DNA of 64,000 bases from assembly GCF_006345805.1 (NCBI RefSeq), contig NC_043000.1:62744001-62808000 (forward strand). The letters are read 5' to 3'. The notes under the pieces are model-generated. The model was given only the letters and a program-made list of their open reading frames with translations, was not told the DNA's origin and ran no database searches. Numbering within the stretch: the first letter of the stretch is position 1; each line of letters starts with the position of its first letter. The DNA is from Octopus sinensis (taxonomy: Eukaryota). Shown here piece by piece: positions 39,102-52,844 of this stretch. Position numbers and translations under genes: made by a program.

Positions 39102-39285
39102 GGTGGCGAGCCGGCAGAATCGTTAGATGCTGGGTGACATGCTTATGGCATTTCGTCCGTCTCCATGTTCTGAGTTCAAATTCTGCCGAGGACCACTTTA
39201 TCTTTCATCCTTTCGGGGTTGATAAAATAAGTACCAATTGAGTACTGGGGTCGATATAATCGATTTATCCCCTCCCCCGAAAATG
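39102..39285 (+). mobile_element. tRNA-derived SINE (same family as 17454)
   Basis: GGTGGCGAGCCGGCAGAATCGTTAG...GGGGTCGAT. Confidence 0.8.
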
Positions 39286-42200
39286 CCAAAATTTAAAATC
39301 AATATTAATGCAACTAGCACTGTTTTTATGCAGGAGATACATTACTTGCTATCTATATTATGTAACAGTATTTTTCAGATAATTGATAAGTCCTGTGTCG
39401 ATTTCGACGATGATTATGGCAGTTCTTCGATCGCCTGGACTACCTTTCCGTGAAGATAAGGACTCAGTGGCTAGGTTTTCTACAGACAAGTGTATCCTTA
39501 ACGTAATTCTCGGGTCGAATCAACATGGCACGATATGCGTTAGGATTGAACTATTAAATACAATTTCCTTTCTATCTATCCACTTATAAGGTTTCAGTTG
39601 ACTCGAAGCTACAGAAGAAGACACTTCCTCAAAATAGCACACGGTAAGATCGAACTCGTAACCTCATGATTATGAATCACACTTCTTAATCACTTAAGTA
39701 AAGTATTTGCAACTCATTAAATGCTAGATTTAATTTATGTAATATCTTATATTTTGCTGAAGTGACGTGCTTCACTTTTACAATCACCATCAATTTCCAA
39801 AGTGTATAGAATTCTTACAAAGATATTCCTAGAGGCTCGTAGATTTTGAATGAAATATTGACCTTTTCCTAAATATCTCACTTGGTGATTGCCTCAGGAT
39901 AAGAGGACCGTCAAGTATTTTAAGAAGGACAGTGACATGTAACAGAATTGCTTATTATGTTTAAAGTAGGCGATGAACAAATAGTATTTTGTTTTCTACC
40001 GTCCTCCTTCACCCTCACTTTTACATACTCAAGCATTCTCAAATTCAGATACAGGTGCGCACACACATACACACACGCACGCATACAACAAATACAGATC
40101 ACATTCACACACATATATGTATATATATCTATGTTTGTATTTATGACTGTGTATTTCTCTCTCTCTTTCTTTCTCTGTCTTTCCCATATTTATATATATA
40201 TATATGTATATGTATGTATATATATATGTATATGTATATATATGTATATGTATATATATGTATATATATATATATATAAGATCTAATAAAATAATGGTTT
40301 TATAACACATACACATTCGTTATGTGCGATGGAAGCAGTATTAGTTTAAAATAGTATTCTGTATATCATACTTAGAGCAGATACATTATTGAAAGCCCAA
40401 TGAACTGCCGTATTCGTTCTGAGGTTGGATCTCTTATAGACATATAGTGTTAAAAAAATGCAGAAAATATCAGTAGCAAACGAAAATTATTAATTTTGTT
40501 ATATCAGTATAGTAAATTCTTAATTTATAAAACAATTTTTGTGTGAAATGTTTCCTTTGCTGAAAATATTATAACTATTAATCCGTACCAACACAGTGAA
40601 ATGAGTGAGTGAACCTACCAAGCAACCACTTGAAAATTAAATGACTAGAAGGTGAAGGTAATTCTAGAAGTGGTTCCAACCAATTAGGATCCAGCTTAGT
40701 TGGACTATTTTCAAGTTACCAACTCGGAAAGATTGGTTGAAGTTGTAGACATAACATTAAAAATCAACTTCCTCTTTTCTGTAGCTTTTTGAAATTTTTC
40801 AAGCATCGTTTTCTGTACTGCTTGATTTCTACCATCAATAGTGATGGCGTGAAGATAAGGGCAAATGTAGTATAGGTTTTATAGTGCCACGAATATTATA
40901 ATGACTTTTTGGAGCTATAGATAATTTTACCAAATTTGACATTACCAGTCGAAATTCCAAGCTATATACAGGTAAACTGATAGTCAGCCATTAACTTCAA
41001 ACATTAACTTGGAAAATAGTTTATCAGAATAACTAATGCGTAATTGATTATATGCATTCTTACGATCAAAAGTTGAAACATTATATATTTGCTAAACTTT
41101 TCATCATAATTATAACGTTTCATGAAGTTTATGCATCAAAATCAGTATAGATGTTTAGAGCAGACGAATAATCAATGCCCATTCGCTTCTTGCAATGTTT
41201 GGAATAATTTGTTACAATCATCACATTCACTTCCTACGCACACTAGGGAGATAGACTAGGCACTGAAATACCTTCAGAAAGTGACTGACGAATATTTTGA
41301 GTTATGAACGCTTGATCAACAGAAACTGAACGCTCTGGATTTAGTAGCAATAGTTTTTCACATCTTTTCTCATGTACAATGACTTGCACAGAATATATAC
41401 CGAATTGCTTTCAACGTTTGAAATCTTGAGCTCACGTCGATTTTTTTTTTCTGATATATTACGGTAACAGAAGAATATTATTTCTGAAAATCTTTTCCAA
41501 GAATCACATCACATCAAAGATCCTTAAAAAACAGTCGACATGTATTTAGAAATGAAGTGTCATTTACAAACGGTGCTTGGTCTTTCCATCCCATGTGAAG
41601 AACAACTACTCTCTCTCTTCCTATCTCTCACCCTCTCTCCTTTGTCTTTACAGATATATCATGTCTGTAAAAATTAATTTTAATAACTTAATGGAAATTA
41701 TCAAATTTGTAACCAATTAAATATATAACTAATTAACTGAATATTTATAAATCTCTCGAAAAGTAATGTATGATAAACGATACTGACTTCTCAACATGAT
41801 CAAACGGTCTTTTTAATGTGTTAATGTTCTCTCATTTTAGTTTATATATGTGTTTTCTTTCTTTCTTTTTTTTTAGTGGAAATTCAAAATATGCAAAGCA
41901 GTTTTAATAATAGGAGGGTATTGAAGTTCGCTTGAAGCATTGCGTATTGTCTTTAAAATATAACGTGTCTTGAAGGAACAACAATGCAGACTGGACTATA
42001 ATAACTGTTATAATTTAATTATCCATAGTCTGATATGATAATAATATTTCGGAATACAAAAATTCCTTCTTCAGATATCGCCAGGAATTGATCGAATCAC
42101 TGCTATAATCGGTTTTCCAACATTTACTGAAATTTCTTTTTTTCCGGAAGCGTCTCTGCAGTGGTCTCACGAAGCTCCTACCGGAATTCCTCATGAGAAG

Positions 42201-42350
42201 TGCGTGAGGGTGGCCATGTCTCAAGCTCGCGTGTGTCGGCACATTCGCAGCGCTGCTTCTAAGTTATGTATTATACGTGCAGTTTCTTTTTTTCTTTTTT
42301 GCATATAATACATGAGTATGTTATCAAAAATGAACCTACACACATAGTAG

Positions 42351-42790
42351 CTAAATAATATATTGATCGCCAACCTCCAGCCTGTTGTTAATTTGGGGCT
42401 CTAGTCTGTCTATGAGGATAGTCTCCTTAATTCTTAGATTACCTAAATTTCTTTCATTGGCCTCACTTGTGACTATTATGCTTTTGTCGGTGTTCCGACA
42501 TCTGTCTAGATGTTTTTTAAAGGAGGAGGCTTTCTTGTTCAGATGTTCTTTGATGCGAATGTGTAACGGTCTTGGGGCACGTCCTCTAAAACAAGGGAAC
42601 CCAAAAGACATTCGATGATCCTTGGTGAAAGGGAATCTGCAATAAAGCCCCCCCCCTCCCTCACCAATCGCAACGAGTGAATGCTATTCGACAAAAAGAA
42701 AAATGAGTGCTTTTCTATTAACCGTTTGCCGAATTTTTCGCGGCGAGTGAAGAATGGCAGATAGAGAAATTTGATACCTACCTCGACAAT
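42351..42790 (-). mobile_element. Penelope-like element fragment (GIY-YIG endonuclease C-terminal part)
   Basis: 'G...RPLHIRIKEHL...SSFKKHL..C...LRIKETILIDRLEPQINNR' fits the Penelope-type GIY-YIG domain. An upstream 'YLPF' segment is also present. Confidence 0.75.
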
Positions 42791-43844
42791 AGACGCAGAA
42801 GCATTTGAATATGTTGAGTAACAGGGTGTAAGGAAAATGGCCGGTACTGGACAGTCTGTCCTATGAAGTTTATGCTTAATAATCAACTTTTTTGCCATTA
42901 CTTTAGCAGCTGTTTGCTTCAACTGGTAAGGGACTGGAACAATTCCCAGTTATGCGAGTAGAGAAATTATGATGTGATAATAAAGGACCCACACAAATGG
43001 GTCCTAGTAAATAACTTCAAGTTTATAACTCTCCTAAAACATAAAGTTAAAAATTTTGTAATAGATGCTCTCCAAGGAGTTCACGCTTGTCGTCAGAAGT
43101 GTTGTTCGAGGCACACAAAATGCACAAACCGAGGTAGATCTATCCCCGACAACCTCCGTTTCTTGCATTACTTCGTAGCGCAGGTAAGTACGAGATCTGG
43201 CTCCTAGTTTTGTTCTTAAATCTGAATTCAAATTTTGACCTTGGTAGTATTGATTTTCGAAAAATTAAATACATGTAATAAAATGAGGTCGATTCACATA
43301 GAAATACTAGGTTTTTCGAATAAAGGGCAAAGGAAAATGTTTCTCCAAATCCAATCTATTAATGGCACAGAGAAGATTTGTAAGACATTCTGATGATTCT
43401 TCATCTGAAATTCTTTAGGTGAATAGATGCACACACTTAGGTGTGTTCATCGACTGCTCAACCGACATAACAACGTAACCACATATTTACAAATACCAGG
43501 AACTCTCATGACTCAAAAGGTTTTATCGCTTTGATAGCTCCCGGCTTCAGCCCTCTTACGAAGAACTGAAAACACACACACACACACATACATATCTGTA
43601 AACATTGGGGCACTGGGATATGTAACATACTGCCTAAATACCAATCTTGAGAAATCAGGCTTCTCAGAACCAGAATGGAGAAAGCTGATTCGAAGATTAC
43701 AGATACAAGCCATCACTGGAACTGAAAAATCTGTAAAACTTTCCAGAAGTTTATCATTTAGGTATATATGATTATGTCTAGAATGCAACTATATGCATGA
43801 GAATACATACATAAAACAAAACATACTCATCTGCACGTATACAT

Positions 43845-43860
43845 ACATGCACACATACAT

Positions 43861-43895
<35 letters not shown>

Positions 43896-43911
43896 TACAT
43901 ACATACATACA

Positions 43912-43942
<31 letters not shown>

Positions 43943-43997
43943 CATGCATGCATGCATGCATGCATGCATGCATGCATGCATGCATGCATGCATGCAT
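43845..43997. repeat. (CATA)n plus palindromic (CATG)n microsatellite
   Basis: Direct inspection. Confidence 0.95.
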
Positions 43998-44550
43998 GGT
44001 GGCTGCCCCGTCGTTATCGAGTATGGCCATTGCATGAAGCTTAATCAATGTTGTTATCGTGCAATGCCTGTGCAAGAAGATTTTTTTTAAAGTGAGGAAA
44101 GGCTGTGCACTGAATCAATCCCACTCACTAAGCACCAGCAGCCATAATCCGAAAAGAAGAACAAGTCAACATCATCGGTAACCACTGAGCTGCAGGTTTT
44201 AAGTCAAAGTTATCCCAGTTACCTGAGTTACCTTCTCTTAGAAGGATGCCCTAACAAAGGCTAGGAGTCCTACATTCCCAATGGTTTAATCGCGCGATCG
44301 GGTATTCAGTCCGATTATTTCTATGTCCCCGCGCATGATACATCCTTAAGACATTTATTGAATGGCCGTTGACTCTCAAGAGTTCCTCCGCCCTTTGACG
44401 GGTTTTGTTTTTCATCCCGCAGGGTGTCCAATAAACACCCTCCTCACCATGCAAGCTTGGTGGGGTTGCCGGTTTAGTCGCCGACGACCCGACCATGCAA
44501 CAGGTTGTACTGGGTTGCATGTCACCAGTAGCACTCGAAAGGGACTTGAC
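43998..44550 (-). mobile_element. Retroposon-like repeat related to 33230-33875
   Basis: Shares 'cgactaaaccggca', 'ttgc.tggtgaggaggg' and 'gcacag.cattgc' on the reverse strand. Confidence 0.55.
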
Positions 44551-44809
44551 ATAACATACATACATACATACAAAATTACTCTGTTGATGCTGAGGAAATT
44601 CCAATGAAGGAGCCTAGGATCTAGGTTAGAAACCAGTACTTCCTTTATTGGTAAGAAAACTTGAAATAAAACTAAATAGTGGCATACATACATATGTAAA
44701 AGTGAGCATAACTTTCAGAACGGTAAAAACATGCGCGCGCGCGCGTATGTTTGTGTGTGTGTGTGTGTGTGTGCCTGTGTGTGTGAATATATATGCATGA
44801 ATATTGTAT

Positions 44810-45452
44810 TGTGAGGTCCCTCATGAGTTCTACTTGTAACATGGAATCCAGCATCCGCGCTAGGCTTGCCTGGTGAGGAGGGTTGCTTGAAACTCAGCAG
44901 GACTAAAAACGAGATCTGTAAAAAGATTGATGAACCTAGTGTAGATCCAAGGATTATCTAGCAATAGCACGGGCTGTCACAAATTCCGAGTTGGTGCTCG
45001 GCGTGCTGGAAAATCACTGGGAGTGAAGCACTCCTTAGTTTTTGTTATGGAACGTCTCTAGGAGAAAATCACTCTGATAATAAGACCGGATATGCAGGGG
45101 ATCTTTTCTTGTGCTTGAGGCCAGGGCGCTTCCACTTTCCTGAGCCTGCGACCCGTATTGGCACTGGATATCTTGCTCTGGCTTGTCTTTGGATCATGTC
45201 AGTAGAGAGAAGAGGGTCTGTGAGGTAATGCGTAAGCTTATGAAGCCTAAAATTTTAAGTTGTGTAATCACTGACGAGGCGTCTCTCCGATGCCCGGTCG
45301 AGTAGGAAGGCATCGTGGCGAGCAGGAAAGCCGCGGACGCGATTCAGGGTGGAGCCGACTGCGGAAGCAAACAACCTTAAGCACAGACATTGCTGACATT
45401 TAGCATGGGAAATGGTCAGTGATGGTCTTCCTCGGTCACCGGAGAACAGCCA
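44810..45452 (+). mobile_element. Retroposon-like repeat homologous to 33230-33875
   Basis: Colinear similarity over about 600 bp. Confidence 0.65.
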
Positions 45453-45454
45453 TC

Positions 45455-45456
<2 letters not shown>

Positions 45457-45485
<29 letters not shown>

Positions 45486-45607
45486 TGTATGTATGTATGT
45501 ATGTATGTATGTATGTATGTATGTATGTATGTATGTATGTATGTATGTATGTATGTATGTATGTATGTATGTATGTATGTATGTATGTATGTATGTATGT
45601 ATGTATG

Positions 45608-45638
<31 letters not shown>

Positions 45639-45744
45639 TGTATGTATGTATGTATGTATGTGTGTGTGTGTGTTGTGTGTGTGTGTGTGTGGTGTGTGTG
45701 TGTGTGTGTGGTGTGTGTGTGTGTGTGGTGTGTGGGTGGGTGGG
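45457..45744. repeat. (ATGT)n and (GT)n microsatellite
   Basis: Direct inspection. Confidence 0.95.
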
Positions 45745-46125
45745 GGATCTTTACCTTTTGACCGACAGATTTAAAAAATAATTTTTTGTAACTAAACACT
45801 TTCAAACTTCGGACACTGGTAGAATGTGTCATATAAAACATCTTTTATTCTTAGCGTTTTTGAGAAAAGCTTATATTTAGGAAGTTATTTCACGTTAAAG
45901 TTGTCGTATTTCGGTAATTTCAACCAATCAATGATGTGTATTCAGCTGAATAAAATTTCTGCCGTTGTTTCTCAACAACTATCGGCAGTGTATTTTTCGT
46001 TTGTCACTGTTATTTTTGACATCGTTCGTGCGTTTGTACTGGTTTTAGATTTAAGGTTTTAAGGTTAGGATTAGGGTTTTAGGGGGTGAGGGTTAAGGTT
46101 TTAGTGTTAGGGTTAGGGTTCTTGA
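45745..46125. mobile_element. Partial Merlin-like element (left end) with degenerate TTAGGG repeats
   Basis: GGATCTTT start and 'actggtagaatgtgtc' shared with 33900 and 46653. No matching right TIR found. Confidence 0.6.
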
Positions 46126-46652
46126 TTTCGAAGTATTTAAAAAGTTATTTGGAAATCATAAGGAGAAACGAACGACAGAATCGGGCCGTCCGCATTTTAA
46201 AACCGAAATTTTATAAAAAAAAAAATTCTAAAAACCTTTTCCCCCATGTCACCCATCATCACACCACTTCCAAAGTTTCCCTTTTAGCATAGCAGTCAAC
46301 GCATGTGCAATGGCGAAAAGGGTTTCAAAACTTCGTGTTTATGTCGTAGAGTGCGAGGGGAGGCGAAAGGTAATTTTTTTTTTAATTGAAATTTTACAAA
46401 AATTTTGGGAAATTTTTTCCAGTATCAAAATCTCCGTATTTCCCCCCATATTTTGCACAAAAAAAAAAAGAAAAAAAAATTCTGAAAAAAGTCAAAAATG
46501 AAGAAATTGGGCGGGGAATTGAAATTTTGAAATGCCGACTTTTGCCAATTTTTTTCAGATTCGTAATCTCCGTACCCGAAAACGGGGTTTTATGTAAAAA
46601 AAAATATAAATAAATTAAAAATAGGGGGGAGGGGTACGAAAGGAAGTCTTTC

Positions 46653-47015
46653 GGATCTTTTCGGTTTGACCTGCAGTTTTTAAAAATAATTTCCACGTAA
46701 CTAAACATTTTAAAACTTCTTATACTGGTAGAATGTGTTTATAAAACATCTTTTTCTCTTGCTTTATTGAGAAAATTCTATAGTTTGTAAGATATTTGTT
46801 GTTTTTTCTTCAATTTCTGTGCCGTATGAATATGTCCCTCGTTTAAGAAACAGATTGGGTTTAATTACATTTCTGAAGAAAAAAAGATACCCTTCCCCCC
46901 ACCCCTAACCCTAAAACAGATTGAAATGCAATAGATCGATACTAGGGTCATAATTATGGGTGACAATTTCATATGACAACGCTAGAAAAAACTGCCGGTC
47001 AAACCGAAAAGATCC
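46653..47015. mobile_element. Merlin-like MITE with a perfect 8-bp TSD
   Basis: TIR GGATCTTTTCGGTTTGACC. TSD AGTCTTTC at 46645-46652 and 47016-47023. Confidence 0.85.
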
Positions 47016-48573
47016 AGTCTTTCCCGAATTCCAATGTACATTATCTAGAACATATTTGTAGAAAATTTCGTTTAAGAATATCCATTTTTCTGAAAGTTGA
47101 GAAAAAACAAAATCGGGACTTCTATGTTACTATTGAGTGTTTCTTCATTGCTTACAGTTTATAAATTTGTTTAGTTTTAACATATACCTTGTGGAATTAT
47201 AATTATTATTATTATGCAGCAGCAGGTATTCTGGACTGATAGTAGAATGCGTACGAAACTACAGTTAGAAAACTGTTTTGTTTCTTTCCTCTGAAAGTTC
47301 GTTTACGTAATTTTTTAAGTTTTCACAAGGCGTCCTTTTTTTTTTTTTTTCAGCATTAACGTATAATACTCATTTCGTAAGTTACCATTATATATTTTTA
47401 ATGACTAAATTTTAAGTTCTCTCTTGCTAAAAAACTTTCTGAAACTCTTATTTCACTTTGTTAGCCGGCCAGTAGTGTAACTAAATGCGTGATGGCCCGA
47501 GAGGCACTGGAACCGGTCATTGGTGACAGTGATGATGGTGAGTTTGTCAACACGCTTGTAACTGACGACAGTTTCTATGATTGTTCTCATGTACAAGAAT
47601 TCGTGGACTCTGCAAATAAATACGTGTCGTATATGTACTTTTAAATTATCACTATCTCATGGGGAAGTGAAAGAGACATGAAATTGGCAGCATACCGACA
47701 CAATTATGCCCCGCCGACTTTGTTGCCTCATAACTTGCAGAAAAATTGATATTTTTTAATGAAATTTTCTACAAATACGCTTCAGATGGTGTGTATTCCG
47801 ATTATATCGAAATTTGATAGAAAAATAAATAAATAACTAAACAGTTTTAAAAATTGTTGGGCTCGTACGCAATATACTGATATACATTACATCTATCTAC
47901 AAAATGAAACTTGAATTTTATTTTTCATATTAAATTCCAACATAATCGTAATCTATACACTTTAGTGTTACTCTTACGCCGAAAACCGGTGGTGTACGTA
48001 TTCTTTACCTCCGCCGAAGTTATTTGTAGTAAATTTCATTAAAAAATACACATTTTTTCTGGAAGTTTTAGGGAAACAAAGCTGATCTGTGAAATTTCCG
48101 AAACTCCTTACCCTATCCTTGGAAAAAAGATTTTTGACATTAAATTCCTATATAATCATAATCTGCAGCATCTGATTCGTATTTGTATAAAGTTTCATCC
48201 AAAATATCCATTTTTCTGAAAGTTATGAGGAAACCAAATCTGTAGGTATTCCAGTTTGACTGAGATTAAGGATTCCTCTATGTTTTAGTATCCCTGTCTC
48301 ATACAACGGGGATCACAATTGTAAAAGAATATTTTTTTCCTCCAAAGTTTAAATTTTTACTTTCGCGCCTGTTTCCTTCCCGATGAGATAGTGACAGCTA
48401 CTCCAAAACTCGGCACACCTACTCAGGTGTGTCCCCCCACCACACACACGTTTTTCTGCCATAAAGATAGATTGATACATTGATTAAAGGTTTATATCTA
48501 GTCTTTTACTGTAGATATATAGCAAATACTATTTGAATATCCTCTATATCTTATGCTGTTTCTTTTATTTCAG

Positions 48574-50241
<1,668 letters not shown>

Positions 50242-50283
50242 GTATTATTATTATCATTTTTTTTTTGTTTTTTGATTATTCAA

Positions 50284-50490
50284 AGCGGTGAGCTGGCAAA
50301 ATCGTTAGCATGCCAGGCAAAATGTTTGGTGACATTTCATCTGTCTTCGTGTTCTGAGTTCAAATTCCACTGAGGTTGACTTTCGGGGTCCATAAAATAA
50401 GCACCAGTTGAGTACTGGGGTCAATGTAATCAGCTATCCCCCTCCTCCAAATTTCAAATTTCAGGCCTTGTGCCTATAGAAGAAAAGATT
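50284..50490 (+). mobile_element. tRNA-derived SINE
   Basis: GCGGTGAGCTGGCAAAATCGTTAGC head. Confidence 0.8.
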
Positions 50491-50609
50491 ATTATTTTTG
50501 GTTGGTCGTGTCTCAACAGATGTGCATTGCTCCTGCAACTCTGCTCTAGGGGGTAAAATTTTGAATGGAAAGTTTTCATTTTTGAAAATTTTTTTTTCAA
50601 ATATCAATA

Positions 50610-52450
50610 TGGTGGAGCTCTCTTCACCAAACAAACAACAAGAGAGAATGGCAGTTGCAGGTAAGAATCAGTGTCTTTCTGTTTCTGCCTGCTAAGCTAC
50701 CTCATCTATGCCACAAGACATAGAAGGTGGTAGCAACAATGACAACCAACACTACCATCGCATAGAAGGCAGATACCAACAGCACCTCTGAGAACTTTGT
50801 CACCTCTGCTCCTACCACCTCCACCAAAGGCAGCAGCAAACCAGCAACAACCAACAAACTTATTTAAGAAAAACAAATGAATGAAAAAGATGAAAGTTTC
50901 TTACCCAAAAGTACGGGGTTTGCAGCTGCTATAAGAGAAACATGCAAGGAGGTCGTTTTGCATGAGGATGAGTATAAAGGTGCCAGAAATATGCTAAGAA
51001 AAGTTGGGGGAAAGATCCAACTAAATGTACCTGCATCTGTCCAGCAAAGTACAAATTTGCAGACGATTATATATAAAGTGTTTGACACAAGGAGCAGGAA
51101 GGTGGAACAGGCTACACAACAGCAAGTAGAAAAATGCCTGCATCCATTCTGGAGCAGTAGGGTAAAAAATTTGGGTCTATTGAAGTGGGATTTGGCTTGG
51201 AGAAAGAGGCCAAACATCATTCCACTACTTCCCTAACCAGTGATGAACTAACCTTGATCCCAGTATACCACCAGAGATCAATATTTGCTGGTTGGTAGCT
51301 GTGGCGTTCTTTGAAATAGAAGAGAAAACAAATATTCTCCAAATACAGAGAATAGAGAAGCACAGCTGGTTAGGTCAAGGGATGCAGCTCCTAGTACATA
51401 GAGACTATACCAGACTATGTAACCCTGTCAGATGGCACAAAACTTCATGTAGCTGTTGTGGGCATGAGGGCTGAGATACCACCTGTGTAAGTAGACAAAC
51501 CACCTCAAGGCCCTTTGCCCACAACAAGGGAAGCCAACACTAGCACTACCACCACAGCAACAACAATACCAGAGACAGCAGCACCAAAGAAAGCAGTTGA
51601 ATGCATCAGCAGGAATAACTGCAATGTCCACAGCAGTAGCAGCCACCCCACCAACAACATCAGAAATAATAACAACAACCCCAAGTCACTAGAACAACTC
51701 CAGAATGTGCCCCTCCCTTCTCTTCAGACCAATCAGATGTATCCTGCAATGAGGAGGAGCAGGTTGAGCCGAAATGGCAAACTGATCGCAAACCAAAAAA
51801 AAGACAAAGAAACAGAAGCAGCCAAACAAAAGAGATGAACAAATAGAGGAGATGCCTTTGAGCAACGGTGCTCAAATGCCAACCCCAAGTGCAGCTATAC
51901 TAACAACATCCCCATTACTACCACAACCACCATTGCAAGCTCAACCCTTCTCACACACACAACCCATACATTGCCTAGTCCAGCAACAGGAGCAAAACAC
52001 CATAAACTACACAGCAGTGAATATGAATGATAGAAACTTAATGCATTACATACATAACCACACAGACTTTATCACATCAAGACACATAACATTCATCCAA
52101 ACATCAAAAAACACATACAACACCTTAAAAAACAAGTACCCCAATGGGGTAGGAAATTTTGCAACCAAAACCAACAAAAGACTGTACAAAGAACTGTTGG
52201 AGGGAATGCAGACAGCTAAACTGATAGGCTGAGCACCAATCAACTTTCTCAAGTTTCACTTGAAAAGTAAAGTGAGGGTGGAGAGGAAACTTCTGCCCCT
52301 CAACAATTTTGTTAAAAGGTTGATGAATGTTGCAAGAATGACCTGAGTGAATGGACCTACTCGAAACATGTGCCTGTAGTCAAAGTGGTGAGGGTACTTA
52401 TCCTGGTGGTCAGGACTGTCATGGATTTGTGGGGCTGAGGACGTTGTCGT
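50610..52450 (+). mobile_element. Decayed retroelement-like coding region (ORF1/gag-like?)
   Basis: A-rich run of broken + strand ORFs with a possible zinc-knuckle remnant (CSCCGHEG..C, about 51448-51487). Family not identified. Confidence 0.35.
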
Positions 52451-52844
52451 TAGTGTTGTATCAAGTCATTTGATTCCCTGCTGCGTTTGAGGTGTGTTCA
52501 CTCTATGTGAGTCTTGTTATTGTTAAACTGTTATATTACTGCATTGTTGCTCGAACTTTTATTTTTCTTCCCCATTTATGGGTGAAGTTGTGGATAATAT
52601 TATGGAAGGAAGACAAGTACCAGCAGGCAGTTACGCTGCAGTAACTGGCAAGAGTCTAACAGCAAATATACTGTAAGTTAGAGAAATTGAACTAAACGAA
52701 ACTAATTTGAAGAAGTATGACGAATTATTGAGAAATGAAGGAGACAGCTTTCATTCTTTATTGAGAAATGAAGGAAGACCTCATAGAAAAAACAGAGTTA
52801 TAAACAATTATATATAGAACGTTGTCCCTTGCAACAAAAAAGAA

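Noticed and set aside
43075-43189. CpG-richer segment ending in a strong CAG|GTAAGT donor (possible first exon)
   Set aside because: No supporting downstream exon or ORF can be established from sequence alone.
47060-48240. Recurring roughly 40-bp motif 'aaaatatccatttttctgaaagttatgaggaaac' in both orientations
   Set aside because: Probably subrepeats of a decayed DNA element. Ends and TSD could not be defined.
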